Source: Girardia tigrina (Eukaryota). Taken from it: a stretch of DNA of 57,538 nt. The position numbers and the translations under genes are program-made. The notes under the pieces are model-generated. The model had not been told where the DNA came from and searched no databases. It saw nothing but the letters and a program-made list of their open reading frames with translations. The stretch spans positions 23,681 through 81,218 of the forward strand of contig MQRK01203448.1 in assembly GCA_001938485.1 (NCBI GenBank), given 5' to 3'. Shown in pieces: positions 10,908-24,603 of the stretch; position 1 is the first letter of the stretch, and every line of letters starts with the position of its first letter.

Positions 10908-13845
10908 TAGTAAACAATTTCTCAAACTAATAAAGAAATTAATTTATGTCAAAAGTATTCGTTTGAGAATGAACAATGATAGATTACATACATCTAAAAT
11001 CGGTCGTTTTGTTCGTCAGAATTGAGATGGAAGAAAACATACGAGAAATTCGAATGAACTGTGTTGGTAAATCGAATAAAAAATTTTAAATCATACGATC
11101 TAGAGATTAGAAAAAAGGAAATCGTTATCTGATTTATATAAATAAGGAATTAATGAGTGTTCAATTTTGTCCAGTTTGATAACGTCGAGAAAACAGAGAA
11201 AATTTTTCAAATTGGAGATGATTTGTAATATGTAATAGGATCGGCCGGAAGTAAATAAATAAACATTTTTTTGTTAAATGAATTTCATTTAAACTTTCTT
11301 TCATCCGTTTATTAATTGTTTTAATTACACAATTTAAATTTTCGTTATTATTGTCGGTGAGTGGTGAAATGTCTTCATATTCAATGATTTAGATTATAAA
11401 ATTTAGAAAACATATAACTCTTTCATTATTGAAAAATAAATCTCAATTTTTGATATTGACAAATCGATACAAAAAATAACATAATTGAATCGTACGATTC
11501 TCTCAAATGTAACCGCTAGAGCCGGCAAAAATTTCATAATTTCATGAATCGAGTCTCTTTAAAATTCATCCAAATGAAAAAAATTCATCTCAAAAACTAA
11601 AACATTCAAAATATCAAGATGAATGGCCAAAAAAATCATCAAATTTCATTTTATAGTTAACATTTAAAATATCGAGAAAAATTTCATTCTTTTGTCCAAC
11701 CAAAAAAGGAACACACACTCAACATTCTACGTCACACCGAATACAATTGAATCCGGGAAACATACACACCGGTCGAATGAATTATAATAATGATAATGAG
11801 TCACATGACTATCAATAAAATAATTATTTTCTTTGTTCGTTTAACGAACTAAATTCAGCCATTACAAATTAGAATTTCCTTATTTAGTTTTGTTAATTTT
11901 CTATTTTTTTATTTAATCTTTTTAAATTTAATTTATTTAGTTATTTTAATTTCTTAATTATTTCATATTGTTTATGTACATAAATGCGCAAGCAAAGCGA
12001 AAAAATTTTCATTCAAATTACAGATTGAGTTTTTGACTTGGGAGAAGATGAGAGAGATTTGATGTTGCATATAAATAATAATAATTCAAATATAATAAAA
12101 ATTTAAGAGTTAAATCCGAACAAATATTTTTTTCAAAGATATTAAATTATTATTCACAAGTCTCAGTACTATATACATATTATTTTAAAGTGAATCTTGT
12201 TAAAGTTTCATTTAATAATTAAAATATAATTAAAAATACAGAAATAATTTACTAAGAAAGAACAAAAACTTTAGATTAAAACTACCAGAAATAATATTAA
12301 GCATTAAATACTCGTCGCAACTTGATAATTGTTAATAAACATTTGTTAAAAGCAGCAAAATCCCTTTTATCCGGATAGATCTTGCTAGGCAGTTCATCCT
12401 AATGCAAATTTTATACTTAGTTAAATTTTAAAACTGAATCATGCATGACTTAAAAACATAAGTTGTGAGAATAAGTGCCTTCTTGCTACCTTGCCTTTGT
12501 ACATTTAGTATAGGTTTTGTAAAACATGATCGTTGTTGAACATAAACTTCATCAGCAAATGAACAATGGACTATTACTTTTTTAACCCTCCACTTCTGAG
12601 TGTCATTAAGATATGACCACTAAAAGATTACTTGTTAGGATAATACGAGAGAATACAAACGTAATAATACAAAAATAATAAGGCAGAGAGCATTTAATGA
12701 AAATAAAATCTGATAAACTTAGAGTAAATGCTTTATTATGAAAAGGAATCCTTTAAAAATACAAAATTCTAAAGTAAAATACTTAATTAAAGTATAAAAA
12801 TAGGATTTTAAATTGTGTTGATTTTGTAAACTATGTTCAGTCATTAATTATTTTATATTATAATTTTATTTTAATCAAAAATTATTAAAAATAGAACATA
12901 TATTTTAAAATGCCTTAAACTATTCGTGTTGAGTGGTTTGTAAGAGAGATTTATTTATAATCCGAATTGCAATTGAAATATTTTATTAAACATAAATGTT
13001 CTGAAATTTTTATGTAATTTCTATATCTTTTAGTAAGAAGAAAGGAAATTATAATATTTTAATTATATATAAAAAATTAAGTTATGTATATAAGTTATAT
13101 ATATAACTTTTGCATTATAGAAATTATTTATTACCAATTTGTTTATAACTTTTTTGATATTTCTTTTCAGAAAATCATTACAGATTTTTAATCGAAAAAT
13201 AAATTAATAAATAAATATTTAATTAGTAACATTATTTATTATGAGGGGTTAGTTTAAATTTAAGTTTCGCCAAAATAGTTTATTATTTTTTTAATTTGAA
13301 AATTTAAAAGAAATAAATTTAAAAATTAAAATGTAGAGTAAAAATATGATAAAATAAATACTTATTAAAAATATGCTTACAGTAATAACAATTGATATAT
13401 TTTAATAAAAGTTACGTCAAATAAAGTTTCGTAATAAGTTTAAATAAATTTTAAAATAAATAATTAACGGATTAACATTTTAAGAAATAATTTTTTTAAT
13501 AAAAAGGTCTATTGTAAATTTAAATTAATTAGATTTTATGATAAAGTTTCGTAAAAATGTAAAATTATTTTAATGTTTAAATTTCGTAAAAGTTCGTAAA
13601 AAAGCTAAAATAATTTGAGGTTTAAATTTCGTAAATTTTCAAAATTTAATCGAAAAAAATTAATGAATTAATTTTTGGTGAAATAACTGAAACAACAAAA
13701 AATTTGTTTAAATATGTGAATTGTTGATATTAATAAATTTTGTGGTGTTAAATTATGACTTCGGAATTTGATAATAATGAAAGTGACATAAACGCGACTT
13801 ACATTTATATTTATTTCTAAATATTTATTCAGGTTAAAAAATATA

Positions 13846-14128
13846 TTATATTTTATTTTTTATTATAAAAATATTAAAAATATATGAAAAATATTGTAAA
13901 ACATTTTGTGAAAATCGTATCAAAGATGTATTGGACTTGAGTCTTTCCGGTCCTCCAGAAAAGAATTGTTGGGAATGACATTCATGTAAGAAATGTTTTT
14001 GAGTCTTCCTATTATCAATATCACAATTTGAATGTAAACATTTATTGACAACACAAAAAGATTCTTCACAACAATTTTCAGAGAGCGTCTTTCTTTGATT
14101 GATACATTTTTTGTTTATGTATTCAAAT
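13846..14128 (-). CDS. Probable terminal exon of a Cys-rich protein with a hydrophobic C-tail
   Basis: TTTTTTAG acceptor at 14129-14130, open frame with 7 Cys, stop at 13846. Upstream exons not found. Confidence 0.4.
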
Positions 14129-14834
14129 CTAAAAAACAATGAATGGGAATTTTTTTATATTAACTTTTAATTTCTTATAATTTTATTGGATAAAAATGCA
14201 TTACATAATTTTTTAAATAAACATTAATTTTTAAAATATATTAAATTTAATAAGTTAAAATCGTTTACTAAAAATATTATTAAAATTCATAATTATCAAA
14301 CTTTAATTAATTAGTACTTAAAATTAATATCATTAAATTAATTTCATTAGATTCAAATAATCAATAAACATATCAATCCCATCTGAGTAGGAGAGTCACA
14401 AATCTAAACAGTATATAAACAACAAACTTACAACATTCCAAATTATCCATCACACTTCCAAAATAAGAATATTATAGTGATATATTTTTTCAATAATTTA
14501 TTTAAATACATGTATACACTTAATTTTCCATTAAAAATTCAGTTAAGTAAAACAATTAAAATTTTTAATTGTAGTAATTTTTAAACAATTTATATATATA
14601 AAGGGGGTAGGCCCAAAACATAGATAGCCTACCATGATTAAGGAGAAATGCATTTTTCATAAAAACAAGTTATTTAGATATTATTTTTTTATTAAAAAAA
14701 AAATTTTATTATTTTACAAAGCGTAGAAAGTCTGAGATGATAGCTCTATTAGCTTCTCGTTCATGAAAGAATTAAGCCGAGATAATTTATTCGCTGAGCC
14801 GAGTTTAAATAATATAATGTATATATATATATAT

Positions 14835-16894
14835 GAATAACAAACGCCATTTTAAAAGTTTTTATTTCTCAAAACATTTTTTATCAAATTATTTAAATAA
14901 TTTTTATTGTACCCATTATTTTCTAACCTGCTTTTAAGATCAACAATACCCTTATCCACACCACAATACGTAGAAGATAAATTCCATATTCTGTNNNNNN
15001 NNNNNNNNNNNNNNNNNNNNNNNNNNNNNNNNNNNNNNNNNNNNNNNNNNNNNNNNNNNNNNNNNNNNNNNNNNNNNNNNNNNNNNNNNNNNNNNNNNNN
15101 NNNNNNNNNNNNNNNNNNNNNNNNNNNNNNNNNNNNNNNNNNNNNNNNNNNAATCTCATATTTGGATGAAGTTGATTCATAAATTGTAAAAAATTATCTA
15201 TATGGTTTTTATTTTCAAAAATCAAGAAGATATCATCAACATATCTAGTATAAAATAAAGGCATGTTTCCCTCAAAAAAAATGAATTTTTTCAAAGATGG
15301 AATTTTTATAAAGATGGAATCCCAATGCGTCCAGTTCTTTCAATGATAAATACAGCACAATATAATGTTGCTAAAACTTTGGAAAGATTATTGAAGTCAT
15401 TAATTAATAACTCCCTAGAATGTAAAGATAGTTTTGAGTTTGTGAACAATATCTTAAATTATAAAATCAAAACTAATGAGGAGGTCATCGTTTCATTTGA
15501 CATAGTTAGCTTATTCACTAACGTACCTTTAAATGAAACGATTGATTTATGTACTAAATTATGGGATGAATTAGTTGAAAATAAAGTGGCTTCAATGAGT
15601 AGTAAAGCAATGAAGGCACTTTTAGAATTTAGTACAAAAAATGTTCCATTTATTTTTAATAATGAATGGTACATGCAAGTTGATGGAGTGGCAATTTTTA
15701 GCACCTCCATTAGCACCTCTAATGGCTTCAATATTTCTTCAAAGTTTGGAGAAAAAATTCAATTTTTTTGAAAGAAACATGCCTTTATTTTACACTAGAT
15801 ATGTTGATGATATCTTCTTGATTTTTGAAAATAAAAACCATATAGATAATATTTTACAATTTATGAATCCAACTTCATCCAAATATGAGATTTACCAGTG
15901 AAATCGAATCAGGGGACAAGATTACATTTTTGGATGTAATAATTGAAAGAAAATCGAAGGGCTATGAAACTGAAGTATTTCGAAAGAGAACTGACACGGG
16001 TTTATACAATAATCCTATGAGTTTCTGTGATCCTAAGTACAATAAAAATATGGTGAAGGGATTAATTCACAGAATATGGAATTTATCTTCTACGTATTGT
16101 GGTGTGGATAAGGGTATTATTGATCTTAAAAGCAGGTTAGAAAATAATGGGTACAATAAAAATTATTACAATAAAAATAAAAAATACAATTGACTCTATT
16201 CGTGAAATATCTAATAATAAAAATGAAACATTATAAATAATGATAGTAGTAATGTAATAAAAACAATAAATTTAAAATTACCATTTTCTGAAGGCGCGTC
16301 TGATTTGAGTAAAGGCCTAATGAAAAAGGTTCCTTCGAGTTTTAATTTGTGGGTGATCTTTATAACTAATAAACTATCGAGATATTTCTCAAATAAATCA
16401 AAAACTCCATCGGGTATCCAAGCTAATCTAGTATATCAATTTAAATATCACAAGTGTGAATCCTTGTACATTGGAGAAAAAATCGTCATCTCCGCACTAG
16501 AATATCTGAACACACCCAATTGAGTAGGAATAGCTCGATTCTGGATCACATTAAAAAATGCAGAAATAGAGATAAAGTTAACTATGAAACTGAATTTACT
16601 GTTTTGAAGAAATATTTTGACACATATCATGAGAGGATAGTCACTGAGGCATTATTAATAAAGCATTTAAAACCATGCTTAAATGTTCAAAGTGAATTAT
16701 CCAATCATATAAAAATCTTTTAATATTAATTAAAAAACAAAGATTAATTGTGTAATATTCAATAGGTTTTGTAAAACATGATCAATATAAATGATCAAAA
16801 TATAAATGACTTGTAATTTGAAATTTACTTCACACCGTAATGGCGAAACATGTTTTGAGAAATAAAAAACTTTTAAAATGGCGTTTGTTATTCA
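14835..16894 (+). mobile_element. Penelope-like element (RT plus GIY-YIG) with an inverted 5' partial copy
   Basis: Motifs PMRPVLS, SFDIVSLFTNVP, RYVDDIF, FLDV and VYQFK...YIGE. The segment 14835-15293 is an inverted copy of RT and tail sequence. Frameshifted. Confidence 0.93.
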
Positions 16895-17339
16895 TTTTTT
16901 TTACAAATAAATTGCCATTAAATCTTAATGTTATATATATGTATGTATAAATTTTTTATTATCTATATTGTATGTGATTTTAATTTCCTTTTTGGATCTT
17001 TTAGTTATTGTAACGGGCAGATATATGTAGTTTTATTTGTGTCTCATTTTTTTATTGTAAAGTGATGTGCAGTGCGTTTTTGTTTTATTTCTTTTATTCG
17101 TTTTTTTTACGTCAGACAATTTACAAGTTGACTATTGAAGGAAAGATTGTTTTTTTTATAAAGGACTAATTTAACGAAAGACTGAAATGAAGAACAGATT
17201 ATTTAAAAAAGAGAAAGAGAAAGAAATTATATTTTAAATTCAGATAATGATTTAAATAAAATCATATTATTAAATTTAAGAATTGAAATTTAAAAATTTA
17301 AATTTAAAATGAAAATGCAATAATCAATATATTTACCTG

Positions 17340-17560
17340 ACGACGAAAATATTATTTCGCTTGAATATATTACTTTTCTTGAAAATATTATCTCGCCAGA
17401 AAACATTGTTTCCTGAAAACATTTTTTCGCCTGAAGATATTATATTGTCTGAAAATATTATTTCGCCTGAATATATTATTTTTCCTGAAAATATTATTTC
17501 GCCTGAAAATATTATTTCGCCTGAAAATATTATATTGTCCTAAATTATTATTTCCCCCAA
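17340..17560. repeat. 18-bp minisatellite (consensus CCTGAAAATATTATTTCG)
   Basis: Imperfect tandem units, seen as PENIIS repeats in ORF 17361. Confidence 0.85.
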
Positions 17561-17963
17561 TATATTATATTGCCTTACAATTTTATTTCGTTTGGCAAAA
17601 ACATTGTTTAGTGGGCCAATATTTGAAAAGACAAGAATCCAACCGATCTTTTGTTGTGTTAACTTTCGATACAACAAATTTATCATCAATTAACTATATC
17701 AGTATTGGGATCAGTCATTTCGGTATATCATCATACTATCTTGTAAGTGTTTTGTTATTCGATTAAAATTTTAATGGTAGAAACCTAGATTCTCTTTTTA
17801 TAGATTATTATTTTATTTTTATTTGTTTTTTATATGTAACTAAACTCATCAAGGACTATCCTTTGATTAGTTTATTTGTTGCTTCATTACATATTTGTTT
17901 ATAGTAAAAAATAGACGATTCGTCTCAATAACGCCCGAGTATCGAATCTTTTATTTTTTACAA

Positions 17964-18037
17964 TATATATATATATATATATATATANNNNNNNNNNNNN
18001 NNNNNNNNNNNNNNNNNNNNNNNNNNNNNNNNNNNNN

Positions 18038-18101
<64 letters not shown>

Positions 18102-18110
18102 ATATATACA
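17964..18110. repeat. (TA)n/(TG)n microsatellite spanning an assembly gap
   Basis: Directly visible. Confidence 0.95.
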
Positions 18111-18684
18111 TACCTCACCAGCATGGTATTCTTTTATATTAAAATGAAGAACACTTTATTTTTTTTATTTTTATATTTTTTAATTTTTTTTTCATTTCCT
18201 TTTATGACTGGAGGACCATTTACTACTCAGTAACTTTAGAAAGCGTGAAAAAAATTTTTAATTTATTGGAATAATATTATAATAATAGATTTGAAATTAA
18301 AATCATTTTATATTCATTACTATTATCAGTTATATCAGAAATATTAAATTACTGCAGTAAATCAAATGTATAATAACTGATTTGATTAAAACTTACACAT
18401 TCCGTACTCCTTAAATCGAATTTTCAATTACTCGAATTGTGCCTAAATATTATAGATTCAACCAGATAAATCAACATTCTTCGAACATTCCTAAGTAATT
18501 ACAATTACAATTACAATTACATTTTTATTTAATATAAATCAGTTTTCGGAATTTAAATTCAAGTAATTATTATTGTATGAATTATTGTTATTTACAGTCT
18601 TTCTGTCATCTCTTATCTTGTCAAAGATATAATATAACAAGACATTTGTTTGTGAATAAATTGAAATAAAATTGGCAAATAAAA

Positions 18685-18746
18685 TTTTATAAGCCAATCA
18701 AAGCTTATTAATTTCGACGGTTTAACGGTCATCATCAGAACAAATG
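18685..18746 (-). ncRNA. Inverted copy of the hammerhead-like motif
   Basis: Reverse complement reads CTGATGA TGACCGTTAAACCGTC GAAA. Confidence 0.55.
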
Positions 18747-19975
18747 ATTTTTCAAACGAAATTTACTTATATAGTGCAGTTAATGATCAGAACATCATTT
18801 TAAAACTCTCAAAAATGTTGTAGAGAATGCAGTTTGAATGTTAATTTTAGGATGCAAAGATCTAATCGTGCAAGATTTCACAAACACTCTTAACAAAACA
18901 CAATTTATTATAAGAAAGCTATCTGTTGGGATAGTGACAATATTCACATGTCACTCTCTCCCAATAATTTTTAAATTGAGTGCACAGAATTTTAAAGTGT
19001 TATGAATTTATATCTCCTTTACAATGTCTTATATGTACTGCAATGTTACTTCCACCTAAGAATGAGATTTACAGAAAGAAAACTTACATGGGGTTGTATA
19101 CAACACCGTACAGTTTCTGTGAATCCAAATATCGTCGAAATATGATTAAATGTCTTATTTTTCGCTCATGGGCTCTTTCATATACATATAAAAGATGTAA
19201 TGGCAGCCTTAATAAATTTAACAAATTATTATATGATAACGGATATTCAAAATCGATAGTGGAGAAATTAACAAAGGAAACTATTGAAAAATTAATTGAC
19301 AAAAAAATAATTCTAAAATTTTAGATGTTCAAGATCAAGAGCAATCTTGCAACACTAAAAGTTTGGAAATTGGTTATGTGTTAACTGTACCATATTCAGA
19401 GAGGTTTAAAATACTTAAAAATTCTATTTTGAAAGCGTTAGATAATGCAATAAGTTTATAAGAAATATACCGTACCGTTTAAAAGTAATATACCGTACAT
19501 TGAAAGCATGTTCGACAATAAATCTTCAACACCATTAGGATTGTGTTCGGATTTCATTTACAAACATACATGTAATGGGTGTAACACCACATCCATTGGA
19601 GACTTCACGTCATCTGTGTAAGATAATCCAAGAGCACAGTCGCAATGAAGATGGAAGTAATATTGCAGGACATGTAAGAAATTGTAAAGGAGATATAAAT
19701 TCACAACACTTTAAAATTCTGTGCACTCAATTTAAAAATTATTGGGAGAGAGTGACATGTGAAGCGTTATATATAAGATCTTTGGATCCTAAAATTAACG
19801 TTCAAACTGCATTCTCTACAACTTTGTTGGGAGTTTTTAAATGTTGTACTGATTACGTATTGATTACATAATCATTGATTGCACTATATAGGTAAATTTC
19901 GTTTGAAAAATCATTTGTCCTGACGATGACGGTTAAACCGTCGAAATTAATAAACTTTGATTGGCTTAACAAATA
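18690..19975 (+). mobile_element. 5'-truncated Penelope-like element with an inverted pseudo-LTR
   Basis: RT thumb IYRKKTYMGLY...DNGYS and GIY-YIG end (EHSR...IAGH...EALYIRSLDPKINVQ). The segment 18690-18863 is the reverse complement of 19776-19968. Confidence 0.88.
19912..19974 (+). ncRNA. Hammerhead ribozyme-like motif in Penelope pseudo-LTR
   Basis: CTGACGA, T, stem II GACGG/CCGTC, GAAA. Stem I is ATTTGT/ACAAAT. Stem III and the cleavage register are atypical. Confidence 0.65.
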
Positions 19976-20881
19976 TAATCAATATCATATAATATCATTT
20001 CTTGTCACAATTGAAAATTTCTTTTGGCACAATAAAGTTTTACTAACTTGATTTGAATTCGATTGGAAAAGATTTCACAAACACTCTTAACAAAACACAA
20101 TTTATTATAAGAAAGCTATCTGTTGGGATAGTGACAATATTTTTCTGATTCTTTTAAAATTTGTGAATTTATTGAGCCTAATAAAATTTTGTCGAATAAG
20201 GCATTTATCGAATCGAACAATTTTGTTTTTGACTAAGTTTGAATTTATTGAATAGCACATTTTTTATGTTTTTTAATGAATTTTAAAAATCGAAAATCAT
20301 TTGAAACGAAATTTTAAGTAAACCGAAATTTAATAACAAATGTACCCAATGCGAAATACCCAAGGCTCAAATAACCAAACAATGCGATTCTGCTACCACC
20401 ATCCAGTCTTCGGTGTGATCTGGAGATCGAGAGCAACATAAAGTAAAATATGTTTTTCAGCCAAAAATATCAAAAGTGACAAATAACAATTATTTTATTA
20501 TTGTGAGGAGAATTATTATCAAAACTAATAAATGTATGTTGCGTAATTTATGTATGAAATGTTCTAGGTGTGATCTTTGTATTGTTGTGTAAGAGGTCAC
20601 GACCGAAATAGTGTGTTTGATGAAATGAATGAGTGTATGTTTGACCCAGATTGATGACGGAATTAATCAATATATATACTGATGATATTCCTCATTTTAT
20701 GGTCTTTAAATAAATATTATGACAGTCTCGAAGTCTTCTAACAATTATAACGATAGTTATTTAATTCCTCCAAATAACAATCTTTTTCTTATATTATATA
20801 TTACAAAAAGAATTTAGCTTAAACTTTTATTTTTCATATCAAAAGTTTTAAGATATAAATTTAAATTTATTTAATATTCAG

Positions 20882-21189
20882 TTATCTCTACTTTATTAGC
20901 ACTTTGGATTTGGGGAGATCTTGTACGGCATGTAAAGGAAATATTTTATAAAAAAGGACAATCCGTTTCTATGATTGAAGTTGGTCTCGAAAAAACGTAC
21001 AAGGAATTTTCAAATGATCCTGATGAGATAATTGAAGCTCAGAAATGGAATATTGGTTGGTCGTATTGGTTTACCATGGTCGGAAATCTCAATCTTTTCA
21101 TTGCCAACTTATTGTTCTTTATGAAAAAAGATTTTGAAAAAATCAAATGTGTAAAAACACCAGAACTAGATCCAGAAACTCTTGTTTGA
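20882..21189 (+). CDS. Terminal exon of a PMP22/claudin/clarin-superfamily tetraspan protein
   Basis: TTCAG acceptor at 20880-20881, then ISTLLALWIWG (TM3 end), a loop, and GWSYWFTMVGNLNLFIANLLFF (TM4 signature) before a stop. Confidence 0.6.
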
Positions 21190-21749
21190 ATTGATTCATT
21201 TTTAAAACATGTAATCACAAAAGTAATTTATTTTGTACAGATGTTTGTTTTTTATTTATAAAAAAGGGAAATAAAAAAATTAACATCTGAAATATTTTGA
21301 TTGCTGTCAGGAAACTTATTGGACGTTCAAATACTTCAAGAAAGACAAGCCCTAAGAAAACCAATATTATTTGACTTGAAGGAGAAAACTATTGCAACTT
21401 ATACGTACATTTCGTGCGATATTCTGAAATTATTATATTTTTAAAACTTACAATTTTATCAATTTTTATATTAAATAGTTAAATAGGGAATAGTAAAATA
21501 AATTGTAAAATACTTTTTTTTGTAAATACAAAGCGATTCAAAGTAAACATTTATCAATAGATTATCAAGAATATTTTAAATTCGTAAGAAATATTTAGCA
21601 ATACGTAGTATACAATAATGAGCCATGAGGTACCTTTTATAAATTTGGTTTTTAGTGTATTGGATTTTAGTGTATATTCTAATATTTTATGTATTTTTAA
21701 TATAACATCAATCATATTTGCTATTTTATTATACGGAATAATACAGATT

Positions 21750-22570
21750 TTTCAGATGGTTATATCAATAGCAAAACAAGGGTATTCCTGGAGTTTTGTA
21801 GCAAAAAAATAATATATCAAGCAAAGGTGATCAACACATCTTAAAGAAGTATAAAATTTCAAACATTATAGAAACTGAACTAAAAAATAAAAGAAGACAA
21901 AGTTACACAGATAAATAATTACGTTATTTGTTAAAAATAAGTAAATTAAACCCATTTTAAACGACAAGAGAATTACAGAACTGCTAGAAAATTTAAGTAT
22001 TGAAACTATAGAAATTATATTACGGAAACATTAACTATTGGGTTGTGTTGCAGCTAAATGTCAACTTTTAATTTAGAAGCAAATTAGGAAACGATTAGAA
22101 CGGACAACAAACTATGGCTTGTGAACTAATGGTCCAAAGTAACTTTTCGGATGAAGGAACTATCCAACTAAAGCCAACAAGACGCTTTTATGTAAGAAGA
22201 ATACGTGGGCAAGCCATATACTATCAAAACCGTCAAAAATGGAGACAAAGTATAATGTTGATTATTTTTTTCCATAATACCGATTAAGTTCAATATCAAC
22301 ATTTTTTGAAAGAAGGATTAATGTCCTTTTACAAAATTAATGAGATATTTTAACAGGATGATGATCTGTGTAGTCGATCAAAGAGTACAGAAAATTTTTT
22401 ATCATAAAATGAAATCTACTTCATAACTGATTTCCACCCCAATCAATTAATTTAAATTCAATTGAAAATATGTGGGCTGAATTAAAGAAGAGTTTTAAGT
22501 CTCAATATTATCAAAACTGACGGCTTATGGCTAATTTGTCAAGAAGAATGGACAAAATACCAAATAATTA
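21750..22570 (+). mobile_element. Highly decayed Tc1-like transposase
   Basis: Remnant motifs WSKV.FSDE, QDD and P.QS..LNSIENMWAELKK. Confidence 0.65.
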
Positions 22571-24603
22571 TATAATAAAACTTGCCAAGTCAATGCTTCA
22601 TTAACTTTTATCCGCCAGGAAAAAAGAACGACAGAATACATCTTATTCAATTCAATATTGAATATAATAAAATTGCCTCGTCTCTTATACTCAGATTTTA
22701 TTATTAACACGTTGATGGACAACATCGCAATGCGTTCTGTTTTTCGTCGTTAAAACGGAGAGAATTTATATCGGTGCCTGACTTTAATTTTCACAAAAAA
22801 TTATACAAGTCAATAATTAATTGATTTTTACATTATTTTAAACTATATTTTAATTTTTTAACATTATTATTTACATAACTCTTTAATTTCTACATTATTT
22901 TCATTATTGAAACAATTTTTCTAATAATTTAAAACTTTGGTCAATTATTTTTATTACGTAAACAACAAGTAATTGTAATAATATTATAAAATCATTCTTA
23001 AATAATTATTTTCTCTTAGAATTTAATATTTTTCAAAGTTTTATTGGGTGGTTCATGACATAATATCGGCACTGTCTGCAAAAATATTGGTCCGAACAGT
23101 AACAATCGTTAATCCAATTGAGTAGATTATTTCAGATCCTCAAGTTCGATGCCGCGTAACGGTACATAAACAGAATACTGTTTTAATGTAACAAATTTAT
23201 TGACTTTATTGGAAAATCTAGTCGAGAGTGAAATGACAAGTACAAATAAATTCCATATGTTAAACACATTAGAATAAATCAATAGCCGTTTTGGTATAAC
23301 GGGTTGGTTGTATAATTTATCTACATCTAGGACGGATCCAATACACTTGCAGATTGTTTTATGACAACATGCCGGATGAATTTTATGATGGCTGTAGTCG
23401 TTAATCTGTACCGAAACATGAATTTATTAATAATCAAATACTTTTTTAACATTTATTTATCACAAAAATGCAATAATGCATGTTTAGATTTCCAGTTAAA
23501 GGATAATCTATGGTAATTTAAAAATACAATATTATCTAATTTTTAATTAAAAACAAGCATTATACCATCAGAGAATTTAAAATCCCTATGATTCACAATG
23601 AAGATAGTTCTTAAAATTGTAGTTAAATTAAAATTAATATATAAAGCAAAAATTATAAGTTGCCAAAATTGAATGAGGCTTGTACAGTAGATATAACACA
23701 AAATGTAATTGCGTTAACGAATATTTTGCCTCTTTTTCTGGTGTACAACATTTTAGTTGGGTAACTTTGTCTTGGAAATTCGGACGCAAATTTGTTCAAA
23801 CGTATAATTTGATATTTTCATGTTTCTACGCGTTATTAACATTGTAAATAAATACACTCACAAAATGAGGACTTTGTTAAAATCGTACGTTTTGAAAGAT
23901 GTAAAATAAATTAAGCATGAACTTTACAATAGATGGTTATTAAGATAATATATTACAGTTTCTTTCCTGGCTTAGGGAAGCTGTGGACTTTGACGATTCT
24001 GATAAATTATGGAGATTTAGATTTTGCAATCTTGTACGAAAGAATTAATTAAAGTTGATCAATCATTTTCGTCTACCATTATTGTGAAAGACTAAACGAA
24101 GGATGTAAATAAGATCGCAAAAAATAAGTGAATCATTTTAAAATAACAAAGAGAATTAAGTGGCCTCCACCGGATGTATGAGCGAACATGACGATCGCCA
24201 GTACAGCATCGAAACTAGACCTAAGCGTGATTAGGAATCTCTGACACTAAGTCATAATTTTAATACGACTTTATTATTTATATTACTTTAAAAGCACGAA
24301 AATATTTTTAAAAATATATTTACTACAATGAAAAAAATAAATCACCTTCCAAACAAAAATTACAATTCCACATCCTTAATTTCAATCTTCAACTGTTAAT
24401 AAAAAGTTTCATTTTGGATAATTTTCTTTTTTATCAATTAAGGAAGTCACATTAAGACAATATGTTATTAAATTAAGGCATCCTTTCTACTTTTATGGAG
24501 TATATATCAATTAATGTGGATAAGCTGGGAAATGAATCTTAAAGATACTCACATTAGAAAACATTTTTACTTGACACTGTTTAAATAATGTTGCATTTGT
24601 GAC

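Noticed and set aside
11480-11820. Promoter-like segment with TGAGTCA
   Set aside because: A short motif is expected by chance, and no linked first exon was found.
17612-17742. Upstream exon for the claudin-like gene
   Set aside because: It has AG and GTAAGT ends, but its open frame ends in phase 0 whereas the 20882 exon needs phase 1, and there is no family similarity.
20330-20680. Gag knuckle-like CYHH..FG and degenerate hammerhead-like GGTC-AC-GACC-GAAA
   Set aside because: Too short and degenerate to support a call.
23126-23405. Minus-strand open frame with HPACCHKTICKC
   Set aside because: No recognisable homology or partner exons, so it may be chance.
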